Source of the DNA: Nostoc sp. DedSLP01
GTDB taxonomy: Bacteria; Cyanobacteriota; Cyanobacteriia; Cyanobacteriales; Nostocaceae
Assembly (NCBI GenBank): GCA_034530875.2
Contig: JAVRCJ020000006.1
Coordinates: forward strand, 1 to 64,000
Direction of reading: 5' to 3'
Length of the DNA: 64,000 nucleotides
In this document: positions 44,076 to 54,622 of the stretch, in pieces
How the letters are laid out: every line of letters begins with the position of its first letter
How positions within the stretch are numbered: position 1 is the stretch's first letter
Translations under genes and position numbers: made by a program
Notes under the pieces: generated by a model
Told to the model about the DNA's origin: nothing
Seen by the model: the letters and a program-made list of their open reading frames with translations, nothing else
Databases searched by the model: none

Positions 44076-47000
44076 ATGACCCCAATTATCTCTCAATCTC
44101 AGACTAATTTAATCTCCGAAGCAATTGAGCAATTACGCTCTTTTTCTCAAATAAATCTTCAGTCTACCTGGTTATACCGGGAGTCTGATGTGATGATTAG
44201 CGATGTTACAGCTTCTAATTTATCTGATTGGCAACCTGTCGAATTGAACGCTAAAGAACATATTGCTTGGACAGGCGGCAAAAAAGTTCTGTGGCTAGTG
44301 CAAAAATTGGTGGTTCCCCAAGATATACAGGGTTATCCTTTAGCTGGGTTATCTTTGCGACTGGCTTTAACTTGGTGGGCTGATGCTGTCCAAATTTATG
44401 TTAATGGTGAGTTAGCGCTGGAGGGTGATTTATTTGATTCTTCACCGAGAGTGCTTTTGAGTCGCGGGGTAACGCCAGGTGAGGAATTTATTGTTGCATT
44501 GCGGCTAGTGAGTCCGGGACATTGTGATGGTGCTTTAGTGCGATCGCTCCTTGTCTATGAGTCTAATGACGATAATAATCCCGATCCGGGTTTTGTGGCT
44601 GATGAGTTGGCTGTATTGCAACTTTATTTGCAAAACTTTGCACCAGAAAAGTTGGATGTTTTGGTAGAAGCTCTGAGAGAGGTAACCAACCGCCCAGATG
44701 CAAAGCCAAAAGAGTTGGTAAAGTCGTTAAGGCAAAATCTAATTCAATCCAAAATCCCAAATCTAAAATCTAAAATTTTCCTGCTGGGTCACGCTCATCT
44801 AGATTTAGCATGGTTGTGGCCTGTGAGCGAAACTTGGAATGCAGCACAAAACACTTTTGAATCGGTTTTGAAGTTGCAAGCAGATTTTCCCGAATTAATC
44901 TTTTGTCATTCGACTCCGGCGCTTTATGCTTGGATTGAAGAACATCGCCCAGATTTATTTAAAGCAATTCAAGCACAAGTAGCAGCCGGACTTTGGGAAA
45001 TTGTCGGCGGAACCTGGGTAGAACCAGAACTGAACTTAATTGCTGGCGAATCGATTGTGCGTCAGCTATTGTATGGTCAGCGATACATTCAAGAAAAATT
45101 TGGCAAGCTTTCCACTATCGTCTGGGTTCCAGATTCTTTCGGTTTTTGTGCAACTTTACCGCAGTTTTTCGCTAATGCGGGAATTGAGTATTTTGTCACC
45201 CAAAAGTTACGCTGGAACGATACTACTAAATTTGATTATGGGGCTTTTTGGTGGCGATCGCCTGACGGTAGCCAAGTCTTTAGTTTCATGTCTGCAACCA
45301 TTGGCGAAGCGATCGACCCAGTTAAAATGGCATCATACGCCTTAGAGTGGCAAAACCAAACCAATTTACCAGAATCTCTTTGGCTTCCTGGTGTCGGCGA
45401 CCACGGCGGCGGCCCCACCCGTGATATGTTAGAAACCGCCCAACGCTGGCAAAAATCACCTTTATTCCCAGACTTAGAATTTATCACTGCTGAAAAGTAT
45501 TTACAGCAAATCCAATCAGAATTCAGAACTCAGAATTCAGAAGTCAGCAGCAATTCTTTTCCTTCATCTCCCCATTTCCCCACTTGGAATGACGAACTAT
45601 ACTTAGAATTCCATCGTGGCTGCTACACTACGCACGCAGACCAAAAACGTTGGAATCGACGCTGTGAAACTTTGTTGTCTGAAGCTGAACTATTTGCAAC
45701 TTTGGCACACATTAGCTGTGGCGTGAGGTATCCCAAAGCCGAAATTGAAGCAGCTTGGAAGCAGGTGTTATTTCAACAGTTTCATGATATTTTGCCTGGT
45801 TCTTCCATTACCCAAGTTTATCAAGATGCCTTGGTTGAATGGCAACAAGTCGAACAAACGGGAACGAAGATATTACAAGAATCATTGCAGGCGATCGCAT
45901 CTCACATTACCCTACCACAACCACCACAACCCAATAGTTTACCTATTTTCATTTTCAATTCTCTGAATTGGCAACGTTCTGAGGTAGTTTCTATCAACTT
46001 ACCCACAGAAACTAACCAGCAATGGCAGATTTACGATGCTTCCGGCAAACTCCTGGTTTCACAATTATCTCAAGCATCAACCATACTATTTCTCGCCCCC
46101 GACATTCCACCCGTAGGCTACCGCCTCTTTTGGCTTTCCCCCTCATCCTCCACCTTACCGGAAGCTAAAGCTACATCCCCAGAATGGGTTTTAGAAAATG
46201 AATTCCTGCGAGTTATCGTCAACCCTTATACGGGAGATTTATCAAGTGTTTTTGATAAAACTTATCAACGCGAAGTTTTGAGTGGCGCAGGAAATCAACT
46301 GCAAGCTTTCAAAGACAGCGGTCAATATTGGGATGCTTGGAATATAGACCCCAATTACGCCCAGCATCCTTTACCCCCAACAAATCTTCAATCTATTGAG
46401 TGGCTAGAACAAGGCCCGGTACAAAGCAGTGTACGTGTAGTCCGTCAGTTGGGTAATTCAGAATTCTGCCAAGATTATATTCTGCAAGCTGGTTCGCCCG
46501 TACTGAAAATTTCCTCTAGGGTTAACTGGCAAGAAAATCAGGTGTTGGTAAAAGCTGCGTTTCCTCTCAACATTGAAGCAGACTTCGCTACTTACGAAAT
46601 TCCCTGTAGCGCAATTCGCCGTCCAACTAAACCGCAAACCCCCGCAGAACAAGCAAAATGGGAAGTCCCCGCCTTACGTTGGGCTGATTTAACAAGCGAA
46701 ACGAATGAAGGTGTATACGGTATCAGCTTGCTAAATGATTGCAAATATGGTTACGATGCCAAACCAAATCAATTACGTCTCACGTTGCTACGTAGCCCCA
46801 ATTGGCCAGACCCCGAAGCTGACCGAGGTTACCATGAATTTACTTATGCCTTGTATCCCCATAGTCATAGCTGGCAATCAGCCCATACAGTACAGCATGG
46901 CTATGAATTAAATACACCTGTGCAAGTTATAGTTAACCCAGTCACTAGTCACCAGTCCCCAGACCCCAGTCCCGAGAGAGCAAGTTTTTTAAATTTGTCA

Positions 47001-47252
47001 TCCGAAAATCTGATTATGATGGCTTTGAAGCCAGCAGAAGATAACCCACAGCAATTGATTCTGCGGTGTTATGAATGTCACGGAGAAACAGCCGAGTTAT
47101 CTTTGCAAAGTGATTTAGGAATCAGTCTCGGAAATACGGTAGATTTGTTAGAGCATTCTCATGGCACTGACGCCCAATTCTCATCTGAGCAACAAATCTT
47201 GACGATACAACCTTGGAAAATCGCTAGTTTCCAGGTGAATACCAGTGACTAA
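44076..47252 (+). CDS. Alpha-mannosidase, glycoside hydrolase family 38
   Basis: GHAHLDLAWLW, WVPDSFG, GDHGGGP, ELYLEFHRG, QFHDILPGS. Confidence 0.93.
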   Translation: MTPIISQSQTNLISEAIEQLRSFSQINLQSTWLYRESDVMISDVTASNLSDWQPVELNAKEHIAWTGGKKVLWLVQKLVVPQDIQGYPLAGLSLRLALTWWADAVQIYVNGELALEGDLFDSSPRVLLSRGVTPGEEFIVALRLVSPGHCDGALVRSLLVYESNDDNNPDPGFVADELAVLQLYLQNFAPEKLDVLVEALREVTNRPDAKPKELVKSLRQNLIQSKIPNLKSKIFLLGHAHLDLAWLWPVSETWNAAQNTFESVLKLQADFPELIFCHSTPALYAWIEEHRPDLFKAIQAQVAAGLWEIVGGTWVEPELNLIAGESIVRQLLYGQRYIQEKFGKLSTIVWVPDSFGFCATLPQFFANAGIEYFVTQKLRWNDTTKFDYGAFWWRSPDGSQVFSFMSATIGEAIDPVKMASYALEWQNQTNLPESLWLPGVGDHGGGPTRDMLETAQRWQKSPLFPDLEFITAEKYLQQIQSEFRTQNSEVSSNSFPSSPHFPTWNDELYLEFHRGCYTTHADQKRWNRRCETLLSEAELFATLAHISCGVRYPKAEIEAAWKQVLFQQFHDILPGSSITQVYQDALVEWQQVEQTGTKILQESLQAIASHITLPQPPQPNSLPIFIFNSLNWQRSEVVSINLPTETNQQWQIYDASGKLLVSQLSQASTILFLAPDIPPVGYRLFWLSPSSSTLPEAKATSPEWVLENEFLRVIVNPYTGDLSSVFDKTYQREVLSGAGNQLQAFKDSGQYWDAWNIDPNYAQHPLPPTNLQSIEWLEQGPVQSSVRVVRQLGNSEFCQDYILQAGSPVLKISSRVNWQENQVLVKAAFPLNIEADFATYEIPCSAIRRPTKPQTPAEQAKWEVPALRWADLTSETNEGVYGISLLNDCKYGYDAKPNQLRLTLLRSPNWPDPEADRGYHEFTYALYPHSHSWQSAHTVQHGYELNTPVQVIVNPVTSHQSPDPSPERASFLNLSSENLIMMALKPAEDNPQQLILRCYECHGETAELSLQSDLGISLGNTVDLLEHSHGTDAQFSSEQQILTIQPWKIASFQVNTSD

Positions 47253-47331
47253 TCCGAGGCTTGGGTAAGGCACTATTCTTTAGTCGGTGGTGAGTTATGC
47301 TTTTCCACCGACCAATGCCCAATGTCCAATT

Positions 47332-47463
47332 TTAGTCTTCGTGATCTTCAAAAGGATCGCCCAACTCTTTGCTAGGAGGACCAAAGGAAGTATAAATTCC
47401 ATAGGCTGTAATCGCAATCAAGAAGGCACATACAGAAATGCTAAGAACTATTGCAGGTTCCAT
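47332..47463 (-). CDS. psbN: PSII assembly protein PsbN (43 aa; absent from the ORF track)
   Basis: MEPAIVLSISVCAFLIAITAYGIYTSFGPPSKELGDPFEDHED, divergent from psbH. Confidence 0.95.
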   Translation of the reverse strand: MEPAIVLSISVCAFLIAITAYGIYTSFGPPSKELGDPFEDHED

Positions 47464-47548
47464 AATTTAAAGATTTATTATGAGTGCTATTCTTATAGAA
47501 TATTACAGAAGATTAAAAAAAGCTTTGGCAAGTAATCTTAGGTGAACT

Positions 47549-47752
47549 ATGGCACAAAGGACTAGGTTGGGAGATATCCTGAGACCACTGAACTCTGAGT
47601 ATGGGAAAGTGGCACCAGGTTGGGGTACTACCCCGGTGATGGCTGTTTTTATGTTGCTGTTTTTTGTGTTTCTGCTGATTATTCTGCAACTTTACAATAA
47701 AACAATCTTGATTCAGGATGTAAACGTCGATTGGCGGAGTTTAGGACGCTAA
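47549..47752 (+). CDS. psbH: Photosystem II subunit H
   Basis: [19 protein letters not shown]. Confidence 0.97.
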   Translation: MAQRTRLGDILRPLNSEYGKVAPGWGTTPVMAVFMLLFFVFLLIILQLYNKTILIQDVNVDWRSLGR

Positions 47753-47794
47753 TTGGATACAGAGTTATCTTGTTTGGATAACTAGTGAACTCAC

Positions 47795-47817
47795 ACCCGG
47801 CTAGTCCGGGTTTTTTT
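47795..47817 (+). terminator. Intrinsic terminator after psbH
   Basis: ACCCGG-CTAGT-CCGGGT followed by a T run. Confidence 0.7.
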
Positions 47818-48129
47818 GTCAGAATTCAGGAGTCAGAATGGGCTACGCCCCGCTGTGCTAACAGAATTCAGAAGAAATACAGGTGTAGGTGTAGCTAGGT
47901 TTATTTTTTTCTGTCGAGGGTGGCATAAGAAGGTTGGAAGCGAGGATTCTGGTACTGTAATTTTTCTAAGTCTTTGATGGTCAGTGACATCAGGCATCAC
48001 TCGCTGATGGGGCGATCGCCTTTAGGCGTTGCCGTTAGACATCGCTTTCTATAATAGGCGATTATTCAGTAGACTACATAATAAGATGTGAGTTTATCTG
48101 GCGTTTTTATAATTTATCGGAGATCAAAA

Positions 48130-48402
48130 ATGAATATATTTGGTATCGGTCTGCCAGAAATGGCTGTAATTATGGTAGTAGCACTGTTAATCTTTGGCCC
48201 AAAGAAGTTACCTGAGATTGGCCGCAGTGTGGGCAAAACAATTCGCAGTTTTCAAGATGCTTCTAAGGAGTTTCAAAGCGAGTTTCAAAAAGAAGCCGAA
48301 CAGTTAGAAGAAGCTGTGAAAACTACTGCTGAATTGGAACCCAAGCAAATCGAACCTGCTAAATCACAGCAGGATACTGCTAATTCTTCCCAAGTCGGCT
48401 AA
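48130..48402 (+). CDS. tatA: Twin-arginine translocase TatA/E
   Basis: FGIGLPE, IFGPKKLPEIG. Confidence 0.92.
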   Translation: MNIFGIGLPEMAVIMVVALLIFGPKKLPEIGRSVGKTIRSFQDASKEFQSEFQKEAEQLEEAVKTTAELEPKQIEPAKSQQDTANSSQVG

Positions 48403-48419
48403 GAGTATATACCAAGTTA

Positions 48420-49061
48420 ATGACAGAAGCTGTTACGCAACCAGCTTTGGTGATTCCCCAGCTAATTGTCGGGTTGGGGAATCCAGAAAGCAAGTACGAC
48501 CAAACACGCCATAATATTGGCTTCGCTGCTGTGGAAGCCCTTTCTAGTGCTTGGGGTATTAACCTAACTGAAAATCGCAAGTTTCAAGCAGAGTATGGCG
48601 AGGGTATGGCACCAGGTGGAGTTAAAATTCGCTTGCTCAAACCCTTAACCTATATGAATCGTTCCGGACAAGCAATACATGCGGTGACTAGTTGGTATAA
48701 ATTACCGCCTGAGTCGGTATTAATAATTTATGACGAGATGGATTTGCCTTTGGGAAAGACTCGTCTGCGCTTGTCTGGTTCGGCTGGGGGACATAACGGT
48801 ATGAAAAGTGCGATCGCCCATCTTAACACTCAAAACTTTCCCCGTTTGCGAATCGGTATTGGCAAGCCCAAAGATGCAGCTAATAATGATAATTCAGATG
48901 CTATTTCCCACGTATTGGGGCGATTTTCTGCTAGCGAAAATCAGCTGATGTCTCTTGTACTTAAATTCGTGGTTGAGTGTGTAGAACTCAGCCTGAAGCA
49001 GGGAGTAGAAAAGGCGATGAATGTTTGTAATAGCCGCACAATTAATAATTCGGAGTCTTAA
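48420..49061 (+). CDS. pth: Peptidyl-tRNA hydrolase
   Basis: VGLGNP, TRHNIGF, KPLTYMN, GGHNG. Confidence 0.96.
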   Translation: MTEAVTQPALVIPQLIVGLGNPESKYDQTRHNIGFAAVEALSSAWGINLTENRKFQAEYGEGMAPGGVKIRLLKPLTYMNRSGQAIHAVTSWYKLPPESVLIIYDEMDLPLGKTRLRLSGSAGGHNGMKSAIAHLNTQNFPRLRIGIGKPKDAANNDNSDAISHVLGRFSASENQLMSLVLKFVVECVELSLKQGVEKAMNVCNSRTINNSES

Positions 49062-49254
49062 GGAAATTTATCCGTTGAGGTAGGCAGGGGAGAAAAAAGT
49101 CTTATAAATGTATAGGTATATAGTGGCTTCAAATTTACAATAGATTTACAGCACTTCAATCTATTTAAATCACAATCTAATACCAATTCAATTAATAGAC
49201 ATCTGGTGAAATTAATTCTGCGTTACCCAAAATCCTTGTAGAGACGTAGCATTG

Positions 49255-50103
49255 CTACGTCTCTACATTCATTTTCACTTTGCGGCCTACTGCCAATACC
49301 ACAGAAGCGGGAATTTCAATACCATCATCTGTGGCGTATTTCTTAGCTTCCTCAATTATTGCGTTCTCGATATTGTGGCGTTGCTCTTGGGTTTGCATTG
49401 CAAGCATCGGCCCGAGACGTGCCGAACTTGTAATAATTATTGGTACGACATCCTCAGGTCTAGAGAAAGTCCACTTTATCGGCAATTCGGTAATAGACAC
49501 TGATGTGAATCCGCTGGCGCTTAAGGACTTTTTGCATTCATCGGGGTCGCCAAAACGAAATAACGGCGGCCCTGGTGGTAAATCGACATCGATGACGCCA
49601 TAAGTCTGCACAGCTCCCAAAATCAAGGCCATGAAAGGATTGCGTGCTGGTGGTGTCCAGCAAGTAAAGGCATAGCGGCCTCCTGATTTGAGGACTCGCC
49701 AGGATTCGGCGATCGCTTTTTCTGGTTCGGGGAAATGTAGAATACCCAAGTGACATACTACCGCATCAAACTCACCAGGCTGGAAGGGAAGATTTTCGGC
49801 ATCCCCGACTAGAAATTCCACTTGGGGAAATCGCGATCGCCCAAGGATTACCATATTCTCAACATAGTCTAATGCTGTAACTATAGCTTGTCGCTTCAAC
49901 GCCGCCGCACTCAGCCACCCCGTACCGCAGGCAACATCGAGCAATCGATTACCAGGAGCGATTTCTACAGCATCTAATATGGCTTCATTGGCCTGAGACG
50001 TTATCTGAGCGATCGCTCCATCATAGCTTTGAGCCACTCCAGAAAATCCCTCACGCTCAAATTGCTTAAATGCCTCGCGGTCTATGGTAGGGTCAGCCGT
50101 CAT
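49255..50103 (-). CDS. Class I SAM-dependent methyltransferase
   Basis: LLDVACGTG, GDAENLPF, RVLKSGG. Confidence 0.88.
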   Translation of the reverse strand: MTADPTIDREAFKQFEREGFSGVAQSYDGAIAQITSQANEAILDAVEIAPGNRLLDVACGTGWLSAAALKRQAIVTALDYVENMVILGRSRFPQVEFLVGDAENLPFQPGEFDAVVCHLGILHFPEPEKAIAESWRVLKSGGRYAFTCWTPPARNPFMALILGAVQTYGVIDVDLPPGPPLFRFGDPDECKKSLSASGFTSVSITELPIKWTFSRPEDVVPIIITSSARLGPMLAMQTQEQRHNIENAIIEEAKKYATDDGIEIPASVVLAVGRKVKMNVET

Positions 50104-50348
50104 TTTTTGCTCCTTTGCTCTAGGAAAAAATATAACACCTCCCTAAATCCTATATCTTCATAAAAAATGCACACTAACCACTAGATAGCTGGTTTTGCGC
50201 TTCAAATTTCTATCTGATTTACCCGCAATCTGATATACACTCAAAACCTCTCTTCTAGTACGAGAGAGGCTTAGAAATTTCTATTACAACAACAAAAGTT
50301 TTTCCTTAATCCTTTTTTAAAAAAATAAGATTAAGGAAAGGGAGTAAT

Positions 50349-50810
50349 TTAACTGTTAGAGAATAAAACTGGAGAATCAAGAATCTTGAATTGGATCAAT
50401 AGCAAAATCAACAAGGTATAAACTGTTGAAGAAATGAAACCCGTAAATAACTCTTTTTTGAGGTTACGCTCCTTGGGTTCTTTTTGAAACATTTCCTGAG
50501 AACCAAATTGCATTAACAGGATTCCTACTATATTAGAGAGCCAGTAGCCTATAATAGAACAAGGGAAAAGTAACTTTGGGGAAATCAAACTACATCCATA
50601 GCCAAAAGCATAAGCTATAGGTAGATTAAAAATTAAGTCATTCCACCAACATAATGGTGACAATAAATATCCGAGTACTACAAAAAACCCACCTCTGAGC
50701 TTTTTGAAAATGTCTTTTTTGAACTCCGTTGAAATAGTTGGCTCTAACTGCTCAGCGAGCGTCTGGTTTTCGAGGCTCAACTCTTGACTCACTTTCTGGA
50801 CGTTTTGCAT
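50349..50810 (-). CDS. Hypothetical membrane protein
   Basis: GYLLSPLCWWND and several hydrophobic segments. Confidence 0.7.
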   Translation of the reverse strand: MQNVQKVSQELSLENQTLAEQLEPTISTEFKKDIFKKLRGGFFVVLGYLLSPLCWWNDLIFNLPIAYAFGYGCSLISPKLLFPCSIIGYWLSNIVGILLMQFGSQEMFQKEPKERNLKKELFTGFISSTVYTLLILLLIQFKILDSPVLFSNS

Positions 50811-51028
50811 AAAAACCCACTATTCCTATCCACTTAGTGTAGTTTAAACTATAAACCAGCCCAACGTCTAGTACAAAAGTGATAGAATTTTTGGTTATTG
50901 ACGCAAAATTTCTACCAATGGATAGTTGCAGCAAAATTGGTCGCTAGCGATTTTCCTTATATCCTCATCTTTTATAATCTGAAATAATAATAGTTACAAT
51001 AAAATTACTGAACTATCTAAATAAAAAA

Positions 51029-51301
51029 ATGACGGATTTAACTGCAAATAACACATTTCTTATTGCTGGAATTGTATTTATAACAATTGCTGTTATCGGG
51101 CAATCTAAATTAGGTTTTATTGAAATTAATCCGGGTTGCTTTGGCAGATTTTTAGCTTTAATTATTGGTGTTTCAAGTCTGTTATATGCTGTGGGATTAT
51201 TAAATCTTTCTGGAGTAAATCTTGATTATTTAAGAACTTATTTGGTAGAACTAATTCAGCAAAGCCTAACCTCACTTAATGACCTTTTGCAAGGTTCATA
51301 A
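51029..51301 (+). CDS. Small hypothetical membrane protein
   Basis: Two hydrophobic segments. Confidence 0.6.
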   Translation: MTDLTANNTFLIAGIVFITIAVIGQSKLGFIEINPGCFGRFLALIIGVSSLLYAVGLLNLSGVNLDYLRTYLVELIQQSLTSLNDLLQGS

Positions 51302-51338
51302 TGCTTGAAAATAGATTATTGTAGGGTGAGCATGTTGC

Positions 51339-51531
51339 CATTGGTGTCAACTTAGCGTCAAACCCTGATGAAAACGTGATGAGCGATTTCTACTCACTTA
51401 CTATCAAGATCCGCGTTACCCCACCCCGGCTTTGCTGACGCAAAACCTCCCCTCCCCTTGGCAAGGGGAGGGGTTGGGGGTGGGGTAAAACGATTGTGGG
51501 ATAAGCGTTTGACCTGAAGTTGATACCAATG
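51339..51531. mobile_element. 193-bp MITE with IS4/IS231-like ends and an 8-bp target duplication
   Basis: CATTGGTGTCAACTT / AAGTTGATACCAATG (14/15 match); CATGTTGC at 51331-51338 and 51532-51539. Confidence 0.85.
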
Positions 51532-51610
51532 CATGTTGCGGCTTGCCCAAAAATACAAAGGATGGGCTTTTTTACCCATCCCATAAAATCATTTTATTAA
51601 TCAGCAACCC

Positions 51611-52165
51611 TTAATAATATGCCCCAAGAAGGCTGTAGCTGAGACTAGCTAATACGAATAAGGTAATAATCACATAAATAAAGTCTCGCTTGATGAGAAA
51701 TGCTAATAGAGAAACAATTACTCGTAAAACTGGAGTAGCGATTAAGAGTAATAGTCCTAGCTGAATAATACCGCGATCGCTACCTGATAAAACTGCCTGC
51801 ACAACACCTATTGGCGAACGAAATTGCGATGGTTCCCCCCGAAAAAAGTGATAGCTAGCAGGTTCAGTGCCGTGATGCATCAAGTAAAGAATACCCCCGA
51901 ATAAAACCACAGCACTAGCTATTAAAACACCATATTTAAGCAAATTACTGAGCAAATATTGTAATTGTTGTTCGCTCGATACTTTAGTTATATTCGTGTT
52001 ATCAATCTGAGATTGATTTGGCAATTCTGCTACTGTACTTGCTTGCTGTTCTGCTAACTTATTAATATTAGATTGTGAATTTTCTGGTGGTAAGGTTAGT
52101 GCAATTACTTTACTTTCTGATTGTGCGGATAATGGCCAGCGAAAACCCGTATTTAGTTTATACAT
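51611..52165 (-). CDS. DUF1634 membrane protein
   Basis: IIQLGLLLLIATPVLRV; usual partner of TauE-family genes. Confidence 0.82.
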   Translation of the reverse strand: MYKLNTGFRWPLSAQSESKVIALTLPPENSQSNINKLAEQQASTVAELPNQSQIDNTNITKVSSEQQLQYLLSNLLKYGVLIASAVVLFGGILYLMHHGTEPASYHFFRGEPSQFRSPIGVVQAVLSGSDRGIIQLGLLLLIATPVLRVIVSLLAFLIKRDFIYVIITLFVLASLSYSLLGAYY

Positions 52166-52166
52166 T

Positions 52167-53003
52167 TTATAGTCCCCCTATTAAATTGTTGTAAACCATC
52201 TTTAGAGCCATTACCACCAGCACAACGCTGAAAATAATTCTTAAAATCTGCGTTTGAGTTCCTGCAAGAACTCGTGCGCCCAAAAAAGCACCAGGTAATA
52301 CACCCAACATTACTGGCATGGATAGTCCCGGATCGATATAACCTCGTGCTAAGTAAACTCCGGCTGAGGCTGCTGCTGTGACGCCGATTGTAAAATTGCT
52401 AGTGGTAGTAGAAACTTTAAAAGGTATACGCATGGCTTGATCCATTGCTAGCACTTTAAATCCGCCAGAACCAATACCCAACAAACCAGAAAGTACGCCA
52501 GCTAAAATCATGATGCTAAACCCGATTGGTACTGAATGAACTTGATAAGACATCAGTCCGTCAGGAGTTGGATAACTGTTATTTAGTTGGAGATAATTTG
52601 CTATCGGATCTGCTGGTTCATCTTCAGTATTTTCTATTCTCGGCCGTTGCGAAATATATGCTGAATAAATCAGGACGATCGCCAATACAATAGTTAGTGC
52701 TTTTACAGACACAAAAGTTGCAATGATAGCGCCGGCGATCGCACCTATAGTTGTGGCTACTTCTAAAAACATTCCCAATCGCAAATTGGTATAGCCTTGT
52801 TTAATGTAGGTAGATGCTGCACCCAAAGAAGTCGCAATTACAGATACTAAAGAAGCACCAACAGCATATCGAATGTCTACACCAAATACAGAAGTTAATA
52901 AAGGGACAATTACCACTCCACCGCCTAGCCCAGTTAACGCCCCTAAAAAGCCAGCGCTAAACGAACCAATCCAAACGAGTAAAGAAAATTCTAAAATCGA
53001 CAA
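52167..53003 (-). CDS. TauE/SafE (TSUP) family transporter
   Basis: GALTGLGGG, SGLLGIGSG, KVSTTTSNF. Confidence 0.88.
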   Translation of the reverse strand: MSILEFSLLVWIGSFSAGFLGALTGLGGGVVIVPLLTSVFGVDIRYAVGASLVSVIATSLGAASTYIKQGYTNLRLGMFLEVATTIGAIAGAIIATFVSVKALTIVLAIVLIYSAYISQRPRIENTEDEPADPIANYLQLNNSYPTPDGLMSYQVHSVPIGFSIMILAGVLSGLLGIGSGGFKVLAMDQAMRIPFKVSTTTSNFTIGVTAAASAGVYLARGYIDPGLSMPVMLGVLPGAFLGARVLAGTQTQILRIIFSVVLVVMALKMVYNNLIGGL

Positions 53004-53169
53004 ATTTCATACCTCTTTTTTTATTGTTATATGTATATCAAGATACCAAAATATTTTTTGTATTGTTTATAACTTAAACTTGAAGTTATTTACCGTTAAC
53101 AGGCTCAGTAGCTCATATTTTTGCCAACCAGAGCCGCATAATTAATAACTAATGACCAATGACCAATGA

Positions 53170-53805
53170 CTAATGACTAATAACTAATGACCAGCTACCA
53201 CTATCCACAATGATAAAAGCGCCTAATCCGATTAAGATAAAAGGCATCAAATCGTTACCGTAACAAGTCAAAAGATTAGCGATCGCTTGATTGTGAGTTA
53301 ATTTGTATGCTAAATAGCATAGAAGTCCTACTAGCATAAAAAACACTCCTATAATTATTAGCAGGCTTTCCCAATTACTGCTAGCAAATAAAGGAACATA
53401 GATACTGATATTGTCAGTACCATTGGCAAAGGTTACAGCTGCTACGCTGTAAGTTTGAAAATTGAAAAATCTACTTAAATTGGAATTTTCAGATTGTTCT
53501 ATTTCCGTTTCTGTTTTTTCTGATTCATCATCTTCTCGATTTAGCAAACACTTGATAGCAATTGCGATCGGCACTAAACCAAATAATCCAATCCAAGGTT
53601 TTGGTAACATTAAGCCTCCAAAGAAACCGGGAAGACTTGCCATTACTAACGCTGTAAAACCTAAATACTGACCAATAACTATATGCCAACGCCGAAACTT
53701 AGCATCTACTTGGGAAAAAAACAGCGTCAAAATCACAATATCATCGATATTTGTGGCACTAAATGCCGCTGCACCTGTACTAATAGCAGAAACTAAACCA
53801 CTCAT
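53170..53805 (-). CDS. CadD-family cadmium resistance transporter
   Basis: FSATNIDD, GQYLGF, ANGTDNISIYVPLF. Confidence 0.88.
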   Translation of the reverse strand: MSGLVSAISTGAAAFSATNIDDIVILTLFFSQVDAKFRRWHIVIGQYLGFTALVMASLPGFFGGLMLPKPWIGLFGLVPIAIAIKCLLNREDDESEKTETEIEQSENSNLSRFFNFQTYSVAAVTFANGTDNISIYVPLFASSNWESLLIIIGVFFMLVGLLCYLAYKLTHNQAIANLLTCYGNDLMPFILIGLGAFIIVDSGSWSLVISH

Positions 53806-53895
53806 ATTATTTTCAGATTTTAGATTTTAGATTTTGAATTTGGGCATTGGTGCATGGGAAACTCTTCCCTAATTCCCAATCCCAATTCCCCACGA

Positions 53896-54098
53896 TTAAG
53901 GAATTTTTCTGGTGTCGCTAAATCGGGTATGAATCTCTTCGATTCCTTGGCGCATTTTCACAACAACGTTTGGAGAACGTAGCCTTACCATCAGAAACCA
54001 CCCACAAGTGGCAAGTATGTACGACAAGAATAAGTAGGGGAAAACATTGTAAGGAGCTTCGGGAACTGGGAAAAGCGTACTGCCGGGAATCCCCTTAG
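53896..54098 (-). pseudogene. C-terminal remnant of a probable APC-family permease
   Basis: GIPGSTLFPVPEAPYNVFPYLFL tail; similarity stops near HIP1 at 54099-54106. Confidence 0.6.
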
Positions 54099-54622
54099 GC
54101 GATCGCTGATTTCTATTCAATATTTGTCAGTTACATGCCTACTTATTGAGGCGTATTTCTTGAGATAGATTTCATCCTACCTGATGTATTTCCTACAATC
54201 AAGTATTAGTAAAAATCTGCCTTGATATTTTTGATTGCACAGTATTTTAAATTAAATTTTTCTAATGAATCTTAGAACGATTTACTTAAAAAGTTAAAAA
54301 TAATACCCGGAAAATCGCTAGAGATTATAAAAATTAAATTTCAATATAATGCTGTAATCCTTATATAGACTGACAAAAATAATTTCATATAGAGGTAATA
54401 CTGAAATTTGATTCGTATCAAATTATTTTGCAGGTTTGGATTTGCAAAAAGCGCTTTAAATGATATGTATAGGTAAAATTAATTTTTATAATCCACTAAA
54501 AAACGAGGGACTTATGTGTGTTTTTGAAGCAAGGTTTTAAGATTTAACATTAGTTATAATGTTAATAACCATGTTGGAAATCCCATCATTTGTAATTTTT
54601 TAAAAATTGGAGAAAAACAAAG

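Noticed and set aside
47287..47535. 82-aa plus-strand ORF
   Set aside because: Antisense shadow of psbN
49255..50103. Methyltransferase as a recent foreign insertion
   Set aside because: Looks somewhat GC-rich but contains several HIP1 sites and no mobility signature
51390..51584. Two short minus-strand ORFs
   Set aside because: Lie within the MITE/REP composite; no protein-like features
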